From: Capsulimonadaceae bacterium
Lineage (GTDB): Bacteria > Armatimonadota > Armatimonadia > Armatimonadales > Capsulimonadaceae
Length of the DNA stretch: 64,000 nucleotides
Assembly (NCBI GenBank): GCA_965215505.1
Contig: OZ244065.1
Span: forward strand, 5,856,001-5,920,000
Reading direction: 5' to 3'
The notes beneath the pieces are model-generated. The model was not told the origin of the DNA. It was given only the letters and a program-made list of their open reading frames with translations, and searched no databases. Both the position numbers and the translations under genes were made by a program. This document shows, piece after piece, positions 10,320-19,347 of the stretch; the first letter of the stretch is position 1, and every line of letters begins with the position of its first letter.

Positions 10320-11492
10320 TTGAACGGTTCCCTGCTGGCGGCGCTAGAGTCGAAGATCACTGAAATACAATCCACGCTCGCGGAAGCGGCAGCGGCCGGG
10401 TACAAGTGGAACGAGGCGCAGACCGAGTCTGTCGTGATTGACCCGCTGCTTGCGGTACTCGGCTATGGCCCGTTGCAGGCGCACAAGCAGGGGCACGATG
10501 CGATCACGAAAGACATTCCTGATTACACCCTACTGCCTAATAGCCCGCACAAGTGGTTCCTGGAAGTCAAAAGGCTGGACCTGACGCTGAAAGACGCGGA
10601 AGCCCATCAAGCAGTCAGTTATGCGGTGGCGCAGGGTTCGGAGTGGGCGGTGCTGACTAATGGGCGGGCCTGGTATTTCTACAACGCCCATTATCCCAAG
10701 CCTCTCACCGAGAAGCGCGTGTTCCAGATCGGGGACCTGTTCACTGAGCCGGGGGCGGCCCTGCTGCTGTCGCGACTGTCGCGCGACTCGATGATGAATA
10801 GGGGGCTGACGCAGGCTTGGGCGGCAAGCCGGGTAGCCGACATCGTGCGGCGGCAGTTGCAGACGCCGAACTCCGCCGTCCGTAAGGCGCTCAGGAAAGC
10901 CGCCTCGGAAGAGTTGCAGACGGCGGTCACGGACAGCCTGATCGGCAGTGCCCTGGAGGATGTGGCCTTTACGAAGATGGGTGCGGCCTATCCGCAAGCC
11001 CCTACTGATAGTCTGCTCCCGTCTCCCAGCATTCCGACACCGAAGGACAAGCCTGCCCCGAAGCCACCGCCGCCCGCCGTTCAGGCCGACCGCCTTTATA
11101 TGCTGCAAGACCTAGCGGCACACCCGGAACTGGTGACCGGCAAGAAGCCGTCCCTGCTGGAAATGTTTGGCGAAGCACCTCAACCGGTCAAATCGTGGAG
11201 TGAGCTGGTCCAAAAGACAATTACGGCGGTCGCGGCGCGCTATGGGCTGCCAAGCCTGCCTTTCGTCGGCAGCCAGCAGGGCGAAAAGTATTTCCTGAAC
11301 ACAAGCCCCGTTCGGGCGGACGGCAAGCCGATGATTACGGTGGTGCAGATCCCTGTGAACGAGGCGATAATCTATGCCGACATGAACCGGAGCGCCATCA
11401 ACACGGTGCAGGGCCTCCTGCTGTTGCTGAAAGCGGCCGGTGCGCCGCTTGACGCCGCGAGGCTGAGGGTCGGTCCGACCGACACGGAGTAA
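10320..11492 (+). CDS. HsdR-N-terminal-type PD-(D/E)xK nuclease domain protein with Pro-rich linker and unknown C-terminal domain
   Basis: NEAQTESVVIDPLLAVLGY, IPDYTL, LEVKR, QAVSYA, WAVLTNGRAW. Confidence 0.78.
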   Translation: MNGSLLAALESKITEIQSTLAEAAAAGYKWNEAQTESVVIDPLLAVLGYGPLQAHKQGHDAITKDIPDYTLLPNSPHKWFLEVKRLDLTLKDAEAHQAVSYAVAQGSEWAVLTNGRAWYFYNAHYPKPLTEKRVFQIGDLFTEPGAALLLSRLSRDSMMNRGLTQAWAASRVADIVRRQLQTPNSAVRKALRKAASEELQTAVTDSLIGSALEDVAFTKMGAAYPQAPTDSLLPSPSIPTPKDKPAPKPPPPAVQADRLYMLQDLAAHPELVTGKKPSLLEMFGEAPQPVKSWSELVQKTITAVAARYGLPSLPFVGSQQGEKYFLNTSPVRADGKPMITVVQIPVNEAIIYADMNRSAINTVQGLLLLLKAAGAPLDAARLRVGPTDTE

Positions 11493-11497
11493 ACTGT

Positions 11498-12142
11498 TTG
11501 CAACACCTAATCGACGGCATTACACACATCATTTCCGCCCTCGGCTACCCCGGCGTCCTCCTGCTGATGACCCTGGAGTCCGCCTGCATCCCCGTCCCCA
11601 GCGAGGCGATCATGCCCTTCGCCGGGGCGCAGATCTCCCACCCGACCGGCGGCTTCCACCCCAGCCTCTGGGCGCTGGCCTTCACCGGGGCCTTGGGCAA
11701 CCTGATCGGCTCGGTCATCGCCTACTGGGTCGGCCACTTCGGGGGCCGGCCCTTCCTGAGCAAGTACGGCAAGTACGTCCTCATCCGCCAGCGCGACATT
11801 GACAAGGCCGACGAGTTCTTCCACAGGCACGGCGACATCACCGCCCTGTTCAGCCGGTGGCTGCCCATCGTCCGCACCTTCATCTCGCTGCCCGCCGGCA
11901 TCTCCCGGATGAACTTCCCCAAGTTCTGCCTTTACACGTTTGTCGGGGCCCTCCCTTTCTGCTATCTGCTGGCTTGGGCGGGCGTCAAGTTCGGCGAACA
12001 CATGGAGACGATCAAGGCCGCCCTGCACAAAGCCGACTTCGCCGTCACCGCCGTTCTGGTCGTCCTGTTCGGGCTGTGGCTGTGGCACCACCTGCGGCCC
12101 GAACCGGAAGAGGCCGGAACAAACCCGACACCGGCCTCGTAA
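11498..12142 (+). CDS. DedA family membrane protein
   Basis: LESACIPVPSEAIMPFAG, SRWLPIVRTFISLPAG. Confidence 0.93.
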   Translation: MQHLIDGITHIISALGYPGVLLLMTLESACIPVPSEAIMPFAGAQISHPTGGFHPSLWALAFTGALGNLIGSVIAYWVGHFGGRPFLSKYGKYVLIRQRDIDKADEFFHRHGDITALFSRWLPIVRTFISLPAGISRMNFPKFCLYTFVGALPFCYLLAWAGVKFGEHMETIKAALHKADFAVTAVLVVLFGLWLWHHLRPEPEEAGTNPTPAS

Positions 12143-12170
12143 TGAGAAACAACAAAGCAGGCGGTGAAAA

Positions 12171-12194
12171 CATGGTATAATAGTAGATACCATG
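12171..12194 (+). promoter_or_regulatory. Extended -10 (TGGTATAAT) embedded in the inverted repeat CATGGTAT-N8-ATACCATG
   Basis: Perfect 8-bp inverted repeat overlapping a consensus extended -10 upstream of the prkA leader. Confidence 0.6.
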
Positions 12195-12383
12195 CTTCAA
12201 AGACGAACGCTTGGTCGGGCCAGCGCGCCCGGCAAGGCGGGAAGGAAGAGCGGACAATGAGCGTCTGTCGCCAGCACCCCACCACCACCCACCTTCATAA
12301 CACGATCCGAGGCACAGCGGGCGGATGAACACGGTTTAGGGACAACTCAGGGACAACACGGAACGCGGACTTTTTCAGATCGC

Positions 12384-12433
12384 AGCCTCGGTGACTTCGT
12401 AGCAGACTACGAGCGCCGAGGCTTTGTCGTTTT
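12384..12433 (+). terminator. Terminator/attenuator-like hairpin in the prkA leader
   Basis: agcctcgg...ttcgtag-caga-ctacgag...ccgaggct followed by ttgtcgttttc. Confidence 0.45.
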
Positions 12434-12506
12434 CAAAGTGCAGGCATCACGCAGCATAACGCAATCAAATCATCGAACAACCTATCGGACGCGGAAAGGA
12501 TACAGA

Positions 12507-14438
12507 ATGAGCACCTGGGATATTCTGAAGCAGGCGGAAGAGCAGAGGCAGACGGCAGACAAGCTGCACTGGGAGGGCACGTTCAAAGACTATTTGGACA
12601 TCGTCGCCAAAAACCCCAAAGTGGCCGACCTCTCGCACGCCCGGATGTACGACATGATCAGCGCGGCGGGCGTGGAGGACCCCGGCGAGGGGCAGCCCAA
12701 AGTTTACAAGTTCTTTGAGGGCGAGCTGTTCGGCATGGAGCGGACGATCCAGCACCTCGTGGAAGAATACTTCGCGCCCGCCGCCCGCCGCCTGGACATC
12801 CGCAAGCGGATTCTGATGCTGGTCGGCCCGGTCGGCGGCGGCAAGTCCACGCTCTCCACGCTGCTCAAGAAGGGCCTGGAGAAGTATTCCAAGACCGACG
12901 AGGGCGCGGTGTACGCCATCAAAGGCTCGCCGATGCACGAGGAGCCGCTGCACCTGATCCCCGAGGACCTGCGCGACACCTTCAAACAGCAGTTCGGCAT
13001 CCACATTGAAGGTGACCTGGACCCCGTGGACGCGCATAGGCTCAAGCACGAGTGGGGCGGCCGGATTGACGACGTGCCCGTGGAGCGCATCACGCTCTCC
13101 GAGCGGGAGCGGCGCGGCATCGGCACCTTCAAGCCCGCCGATCCCAAGTCCCAGGACGTGGCCGAGCTGACCGGCTCGGTCAACATCCAGGCCCTCACCG
13201 AGTACGGCCTGGAGTCCGACCCGCGCGCCTACAACTTCGACGGGGAGCTGAACATCGCCAACCGGGGCGTCATCGAGTTCATCGAGATGCTGAAGGCCGA
13301 GAAGCGGTTCCTTTACGAGCTGAACACCGTCGCGGGCGAGCAGACCATCAAGGCGTCGCGCTTCGCCCTCATCTACGCGGACCTGGTCGTGCTGGCGCAC
13401 ACCAACGAGTACGAGTATAACTCTTACTTCGGCAACAAAGAGAACGAGGCGATGATCGACCGCATCTTCGTCGTCCGCGTCCCCTACAACCTGCGGCTGA
13501 CCGAGGAAATCAAGATCTACGAAAAGCTGATCGGCCAGTCCCAGCTCTCCGAGGACCGCGCGGACCTGACCGCCGTCCACATCGCCCCGCACACCCTGCG
13601 GACCGCCTCCATGTTCGCCCTGCTGACGCGCCTGAAGCCGTCCAAGAAGTCGGGGCTGTCGCTGATGACCAAGCTGAAGCTGTACGACGGCGAGAAGCAG
13701 GTGGGCGACTGGGACCAGAAGCACATCCGCGAGCTACAGGACGAGTTCATGGACGAGGGCATGAGCGGCGTCTCCCCCCGCTTCGTCATCAACCGCATCT
13801 CCGCCGCCCTGGTCAAAGGCGGCAAGGGCTACGTCACGCCCATTGACGTCCTGCGCGGGATGCGCGACGGCCTCCAAGAATACACCAGCAGCGAGGAGGA
13901 GCATCGCCGCCTGCTGGGCTTCATTGACGAGACGCGCAAGGACTACGACGAGCTGGCGAAGAAGGAGGTCCAGCGCGCCTTCGTCTACTCCTACGAGGAG
14001 TCGGCCAAGACCCTGCTGGAGAACTATTTGGACAACGTGGACGCCTTCTGCAACCGCACCAAGGTCAAGGACCCCATCACCAGCGACGACGTGGAACCCG
14101 ACGAGCGCCTCATGAGGAGCATCGAAGAGCAGATCGGCGTTTCGGAGAACGCCAAGCGCGAGTTCCGCGAGGGCATCATGCGCTCCGTCGCCTCCGTCTC
14201 CCGCCGGGGCGGGTCCTTCGGCGTCGGCACCGACGAGCGCCTGAAAGAAGCGCTGGAGAAGAAGCTGTTCTCCGACCTCAAAGACATCGTCAAGATCACG
14301 ACCAGCACCAAGACGCCTAACCAGGAGCAACTACGCCGCATCAACGACGTGGTGGACCGCCTGGTGAAAGACCAGGGCTACACCGAGCAGTCCGCCAACG
14401 AGCTGCTGAAGTACGTCGGCACGCTGCTCAATCGGTAA
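12507..14438 (+). CDS. prkA: PrkA/YeaG family AAA+ serine protein kinase
   Basis: Walker A GPVGGGKST, SPMHEEPLHLIP, DPRAYNFDGELNIANRG, EGMSGVSPRF. Confidence 0.95.
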   Translation: MSTWDILKQAEEQRQTADKLHWEGTFKDYLDIVAKNPKVADLSHARMYDMISAAGVEDPGEGQPKVYKFFEGELFGMERTIQHLVEEYFAPAARRLDIRKRILMLVGPVGGGKSTLSTLLKKGLEKYSKTDEGAVYAIKGSPMHEEPLHLIPEDLRDTFKQQFGIHIEGDLDPVDAHRLKHEWGGRIDDVPVERITLSERERRGIGTFKPADPKSQDVAELTGSVNIQALTEYGLESDPRAYNFDGELNIANRGVIEFIEMLKAEKRFLYELNTVAGEQTIKASRFALIYADLVVLAHTNEYEYNSYFGNKENEAMIDRIFVVRVPYNLRLTEEIKIYEKLIGQSQLSEDRADLTAVHIAPHTLRTASMFALLTRLKPSKKSGLSLMTKLKLYDGEKQVGDWDQKHIRELQDEFMDEGMSGVSPRFVINRISAALVKGGKGYVTPIDVLRGMRDGLQEYTSSEEEHRRLLGFIDETRKDYDELAKKEVQRAFVYSYEESAKTLLENYLDNVDAFCNRTKVKDPITSDDVEPDERLMRSIEEQIGVSENAKREFREGIMRSVASVSRRGGSFGVGTDERLKEALEKKLFSDLKDIVKITTSTKTPNQEQLRRINDVVDRLVKDQGYTEQSANELLKYVGTLLNR

Positions 14439-14442
14439 GGCG

Positions 14443-14778
14443 ATGACTCTGGATGAAGCCATCGCTTTGGTATTGGAAGGGGGGATGAAGACTGAACCCG
14501 TCCCGTACAACGCGATGGCTCACATCCTGCACCGAGGGCATGAGCCGGACCATAAACACATCGCGCCGCTGATCGAGGCGTTTGATGTCATTCGGCGCGG
14601 GCTAAAGGGGCAGGCTCTCTTGAACCGAGAGCTTGCTACCGCTCTTTATGTGTTGGGGTCAGAGGCCGCCGGTTACCTAGCACTGGCGTCACAGGGATCG
14701 GACGCTGGTAAGGGTGTCATGTTCAATCAGGTCTTGGGCTTGATGATGTCGGTTGATCACATCTTTTACGACGAGTAG
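14443..14778 (+). CDS. Hypothetical protein (lower GC)
   Basis: 111-aa ORF starting 4 nt after the prkA stop. Confidence 0.6.
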   Translation: MTLDEAIALVLEGGMKTEPVPYNAMAHILHRGHEPDHKHIAPLIEAFDVIRRGLKGQALLNRELATALYVLGSEAAGYLALASQGSDAGKGVMFNQVLGLMMSVDHIFYDE

Positions 14779-14812
14779 CGAGCAGAGGCGCGGAACGAAG
14801 TTGGGGTGACAG

Positions 14813-15442
14813 ATGGCGACAGCACTTCTCGAAAAACAGGACGTTGAGAGGCCGGAGGCGGCGGACGGCGAAACGGCACCCGTACCGTATCACTGGACCG
14901 TAGCCGCGCTTTACCGTGCGCTGGATGCCGGGGTGTTCGAGCATCCCGAACGGCTGGAACTTGTCCAGGGAAGGATTGTCGAGAACATGTCACAGGACCC
15001 ACTGCATCGGTCAGCGCGCGTCCGTCTTGGTAATCGGTTCCGTGCCGCTTTCGCGGGTAAGCTCATCGTGATAGACGAATGCCCGGTGCATATCGCCTAC
15101 GATGGCGAGTTGACCCCCGATCTCGTCGCGTTGCGAGGGGCAGAGGCCGATTTCGATGCGCGCCACCCAGAAGGGAAGGACATCGCGGTTCTAGTGGAGG
15201 TGTCAAACACCACAGCGGCTTACGATCTGGGCGAAAAGGCCCTGCTGTACGCTCAGGCAGGCGTCACGGATTACTGGGTGGTGCTGGTAAATGAAGCCAC
15301 CATCGTCCGCCACCGTGTCCCGACGCCGGAGGGTTATCAGGAAGTGACGCGGCTGTCGGGCGCGGACCCACTCTCGCTGCTGGAACTGCCGGAAGTCGTC
15401 TGGACCATAGATGCCCTGTTCGGGCATGGGGATTCACTATGA
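14813..15442 (+). CDS. Uma2 family endonuclease
   Basis: WTV..., RLELVQGRIVE, PDL, VEVS, KALLYAQAGVTDYWVV. Confidence 0.9.
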   Translation: MATALLEKQDVERPEAADGETAPVPYHWTVAALYRALDAGVFEHPERLELVQGRIVENMSQDPLHRSARVRLGNRFRAAFAGKLIVIDECPVHIAYDGELTPDLVALRGAEADFDARHPEGKDIAVLVEVSNTTAAYDLGEKALLYAQAGVTDYWVVLVNEATIVRHRVPTPEGYQEVTRLSGADPLSLLELPEVVWTIDALFGHGDSL

Positions 15443-16059
15443 GCGTCACGCTCTCGCCGCCGCCCCTGCCGGAACAACGCCCCGAGGACCGACACTGGAC
15501 GGTAGAAGAGTTCCACCGCGCCGCGTCTGCTGGCGTCTTCAACGATCCCGGCCGCATGGAAATCATTCAAGGAAGGATCGTGGAGAAGATGCCGGAAGGT
15601 GGCCGCCACACGGGTATGCGGAGGCGCATTGCCCGCCGCCTGCGGGCGGTTCTAGAGCCGGACAGTTTCGTCTGTGAGGAGTGCCCTCTGCGTATCGCCT
15701 TCGATGGCGAACCGATCCCCGACGTGGTGTTTACCAGGGAAGAGGATTATGGGAGTCAGCATCCAACGCCGGAAGATGTCGTGCTGCTGATTGAATTCTC
15801 CGATACCACGGTCGCCTATGACCTCGGCGGTAAAGCGTTGCTGTACGCGCAGGCGGGCATCGCCGACTATTGGGTGGTCCTGGTGAACGAGGCGGCCATC
15901 GTCTGCCACCGGGGACCGGCGCCGGAGGGCTACCAGGAGGTGACGCGCCTGTCCGGGGCAGACACGCTCTCGCCGCTGGCCGCGCCCGAGGCCGCCTGGA
16001 CCGTCAACGCACTGCTGGGGCGCGAGGAAGCGCCCGAAGGGAACCAAGAGGGAAACTAA
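15439..16059 (+). CDS. Uma2 family endonuclease (tandem paralogue)
   Basis: WTVEEFHR, EPIPDV, LIEFSD, KALLYAQAGIADYWVV. Confidence 0.9.
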   Translation: MSVTLSPPPLPEQRPEDRHWTVEEFHRAASAGVFNDPGRMEIIQGRIVEKMPEGGRHTGMRRRIARRLRAVLEPDSFVCEECPLRIAFDGEPIPDVVFTREEDYGSQHPTPEDVVLLIEFSDTTVAYDLGGKALLYAQAGIADYWVVLVNEAAIVCHRGPAPEGYQEVTRLSGADTLSPLAAPEAAWTVNALLGREEAPEGNQEGN

Positions 16060-16095
16060 CTGGAACACCTGCTCTTTCACATCCCGTGGCACGAC

Positions 16096-16617
16096 ATGTT
16101 CCTGCCCAAGCCGTCCTGGGCCGAAAAGGTCATCCGCCCCATCCTGATCTACATCGCCCTGCTGCTGGCCTTCCGGTTCATGTCCAAGCGCGACCTGACC
16201 CAGAACACGACTTTTGACCTGCTGATCGTCCTGCTGCTGTCCAACATCGTGCAGAACGCTCTAATCGGCGAAGACAATTCCATCCTGGGGTCGCTGGCGG
16301 GGGCGGTGACGCTGCTGCTCCTCAGCACCGGCCTGAACCGCTGGACGGCGAAGAGCGTCAAGGCCCGCCGCATTTTGGAAGGCGAGCCGATCCTGCTGGT
16401 GCATAACGGGCGGCTCCTGGACGACAACCTGACCAAGCACGCCGTCTCCCGCGCCGACCTGAACGCGGGTCTGCGGGGGCAGAACATGATCACCCTGGGG
16501 GACGTGCGGTATGCCTTCCTGGAACTCGACGGCACCATCAGCGTCATCCGCAAGTCCGAGCAGTCCGGCGTCGCCGACTGCATGCCGCCGGAGCTGGCCG
16601 CAAAATACTCGGAGTAG
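16096..16617 (+). CDS. DUF421/YetF family membrane protein
   Basis: KRDLTQNTTFDL, LEGEPILLVHNG, AFLELDGTISVI. Confidence 0.88.
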   Translation: MFLPKPSWAEKVIRPILIYIALLLAFRFMSKRDLTQNTTFDLLIVLLLSNIVQNALIGEDNSILGSLAGAVTLLLLSTGLNRWTAKSVKARRILEGEPILLVHNGRLLDDNLTKHAVSRADLNAGLRGQNMITLGDVRYAFLELDGTISVIRKSEQSGVADCMPPELAAKYSE

Positions 16618-16654
16618 CAGCTTATGAGACGGGAAGAAGGACACCGAAACGCTC

Positions 16655-17827
16655 ATGCCCGAACCGTCACCGCAATCGTCACCGCCGCCCGCGCCGCCGC
16701 AGGTGGGCTTCTCCGCGCTGAAGATCGCCACCGTGGCGGGCATCCCGATCCGGCTGCACTTCACGTTCCTGCTGTTCCTGCTCTGGATCTATGTCGCAAG
16801 CCCCAGCAACGGGCGGCTGGTCAGCGTCGGGTACGTCCTGACCGTCTTCCTGTGCGTCGTGCTGCACGAGCTGGGGCACAGCCTGGTCGCCCTGCGCTGC
16901 GGCATCCCCGTGGCCGACATCACTCTGTACCCGATCGGCGGCGTCGCCAGCATCGAGAAGCGGCCTGACGCGCGTCAGGAACTCGTGATCGCCGTCGCCG
17001 GCCCCGCCGTCAACGTGGTTATCGCCGGCCTGCTGGCCGCCGTCCTGGCCGCCCAGGGGAAGCTGCCGCTGGCCGCCGACCTGTTCCACTTCGGCGGGGG
17101 CTTGACCGGCTTCGTGGCGGGCATCCTGAAGGCGAACATCTGGCTGGTCCTGTTCAACCTGATCCCCGCCTTCCCCATGGACGGCGGGCGGGTCCTACGC
17201 GCCGTCCTCGCGCTCAACATGCCGCCCAGCCGGGCGACACAGATCGCCTCCGGCGTCGGCCAGTCCATCGCCATCGCGGCGGGGGTCTGGGCGGTGATGA
17301 GTCACCCGCCGCAGTGGATGCTGATGTTTATTGCCCTGTTCATCTACATCGGCGCGGGCCAGGAGGCGTCGTCTTATGAGCAGGCCGCGTTAATCGCGGG
17401 CGTCCCCGTCCGCAGCGCCATGATGACCGACGTGCGAACTTTGACCGTGGGTAACACACTGAAAGAGGCCGCCGACGTGCTGCTGGACACCGCCCAGCAC
17501 GACTTCCCCGTCCTGCACGGGGACCAGGTGCAAGGGGTCCTTACCCGCAACGGGCTGCTGCGCGGTCTATCCGAAGCCGGGCCGTCCGGCTACGTCGCGG
17601 GGGCCATGAGCCGGCAGTTCGCCTCGGCGGGTCCTGACGACGACCTGGGCGAGACGCTGCCCGCCTTGCAGGCGCAGCCCGGCCCGCTGCTGATCATGGA
17701 CCCGGCCCGGCCCGGCAAGCTGCTGGGGCTGGTGACCAGCGAGAACATCCAAGAGTATTTCGCCATCAAACAGGTCGTCGCCGCCCGCGACGGCAAGAAC
17801 AGAAACGGTAAGAACGAACGAGTCTGA
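16655..17827 (+). CDS. Site-2 protease (M50) with CBS domains
   Basis: HELGH, AGPAVN, FNLIPAFPMDGGR, C-terminal CBS pair. Confidence 0.93.
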   Translation: MPEPSPQSSPPPAPPQVGFSALKIATVAGIPIRLHFTFLLFLLWIYVASPSNGRLVSVGYVLTVFLCVVLHELGHSLVALRCGIPVADITLYPIGGVASIEKRPDARQELVIAVAGPAVNVVIAGLLAAVLAAQGKLPLAADLFHFGGGLTGFVAGILKANIWLVLFNLIPAFPMDGGRVLRAVLALNMPPSRATQIASGVGQSIAIAAGVWAVMSHPPQWMLMFIALFIYIGAGQEASSYEQAALIAGVPVRSAMMTDVRTLTVGNTLKEAADVLLDTAQHDFPVLHGDQVQGVLTRNGLLRGLSEAGPSGYVAGAMSRQFASAGPDDDLGETLPALQAQPGPLLIMDPARPGKLLGLVTSENIQEYFAIKQVVAARDGKNRNGKNERV

Positions 17828-17853
17828 ACGAAAGAGTCTGAACGAAAGAGTGT
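17820..17853 (+). repeat. 14-bp tandem duplication GAGTCTGAACGAAA x2 (plus a partial third copy)
   Basis: Direct repeats at 17820-17833 and 17834-17847. Confidence 0.85.
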
Positions 17854-17858
17854 AAACT

Positions 17859-19031
17859 ATGGCCGATCCGCTGTATTCTCTCTCCAATGACCCCTGGGAC
17901 CTGCACCGGCGCGCGGACCGCGACCGGGGGCGTCACAACGACAAGATCAAGGAGGTCATCAAGCAGAACCTCGGCGACATCATCTCCCAGCAGGACATCA
18001 TCACCGCCGACCGGGGTAAGATCGTCAAGGTCCCCGTGCGCGGGCTGGAGCTGCCGCGCATCCGCTTCGACCCGCACGACCGCCAGCGCATCGGCCAGGG
18101 GCCGGGGGGCACCAAGCCCGGCGACGTCATCGGCCGCGCCCCCTCCAATAAGGAAGGCCAGGGCGTCGGCAAGAAAGCCGGCCAGGACCCCGGCGTGGAC
18201 TATTACGAGGCCGAGTTCACCCTGGATGAGCTGGCCCAGATGGTCTTCGAAGACCTGTCGCTGCCGAACCTGGAGGACAAAGGGGCCAAGCAGATCCTCT
18301 CGGAACACGCCGAGTTCAACACCATCACCCGGCGCGGACTCGCTTCCAACCTCGACCGCAAGCGGACATTGCTGGAAGCCTACCGGCGCAACGCCCGGCT
18401 CGGCAACGAGAACAAGTGGGAGGTGCGCCCCGAAGACAAGCGTTTCAAGAACTACGAGCTTGTCACCGAGCCGCAGCGCAACGCCGTCGTCTTCGCCATG
18501 CGCGATGTGTCCGGCTCCATGGGCGAGTTCGAGGCCTACATCTGCCGCTCGTTTTACTTCTGGATGACGCAGTTCCTCAGAACAAAATACACCAACACCG
18601 AGATCGTCTTCATCACCTGCCACACCGAGGCCAAAGAGGTGACGGAAAACCAGTTCTTCAGCCTCGGCGACAGCGGCGGGACGCGCATGAGCAGCGCCTA
18701 CCGTCTGGCCCTGGACATCATCGGCAAGCGCTACAACCCGCGCGAGTGGAACATCTACCCGTTCCTCTTCTCCGACGGCTACAACTGGGGCGACGCCGAA
18801 TGCGTGGACCTGGTCAAGAAGATGCGCGACCTGTGCAACCTGATCGGCTACGGCGAGATCGGCAGCGACGGCTGGCAGTCTTCCTTCGGCTTCGCCCCGC
18901 TCGGCCAGGCCTACGAGGAGGCCTTCAGCGCCGACCCGCGCGTCGTCCTGGTCAAGATCAACGACAAGGAAGACGTCTGGCCCGCGCTCAAAAAGTTCTT
19001 CGCCAAGGGGCATCCTGAGATCGCCCACTGA
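17859..19031 (+). CDS. yeaH: YeaH/YhbH (DUF444) protein
   Basis: DRGRHNDKIKE, AMRDVSGSMG, DSGGTRMSSAY, WNIYPFLFSDG; normal partner of PrkA. Confidence 0.92.
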   Translation: MADPLYSLSNDPWDLHRRADRDRGRHNDKIKEVIKQNLGDIISQQDIITADRGKIVKVPVRGLELPRIRFDPHDRQRIGQGPGGTKPGDVIGRAPSNKEGQGVGKKAGQDPGVDYYEAEFTLDELAQMVFEDLSLPNLEDKGAKQILSEHAEFNTITRRGLASNLDRKRTLLEAYRRNARLGNENKWEVRPEDKRFKNYELVTEPQRNAVVFAMRDVSGSMGEFEAYICRSFYFWMTQFLRTKYTNTEIVFITCHTEAKEVTENQFFSLGDSGGTRMSSAYRLALDIIGKRYNPREWNIYPFLFSDGYNWGDAECVDLVKKMRDLCNLIGYGEIGSDGWQSSFGFAPLGQAYEEAFSADPRVVLVKINDKEDVWPALKKFFAKGHPEIAH

Positions 19032-19347
19032 GTAGCTGGGGCGGCGGTAAAAGGCACTGAAGACACAGTTAAAAATGTGGCTGGCTTCGTCTGTCTGCTG
19101 AAAAAGCGTCGCTGGCTTCTTGGCAACCTCGCGTTGTGAACGGGGCTAACGGCATTTTGTCAACTCTGCCGCCGGGTTCTCAGTGCAACCAGAACAAGCT
19201 GACAATCACCGTAGATGCTCCAGAAATAGCTATTGATGCCGCAGCTTTTTCTGGTACACTTACTGTACGGTGGTCAAGGGGAAGGTCGTAAAAGCAGGAA
19301 CATATTTAGGTCAGGGAAAAATTTGAAGCTGGTGAACAGGACACAGG

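Noticed and set aside
19032-19347. Possible ncRNA upstream of DUF262
   Set aside because: Only short scattered complementarities (gcactga/tcagtgc) and no clear terminator; more likely promoter and insertion-junction sequence
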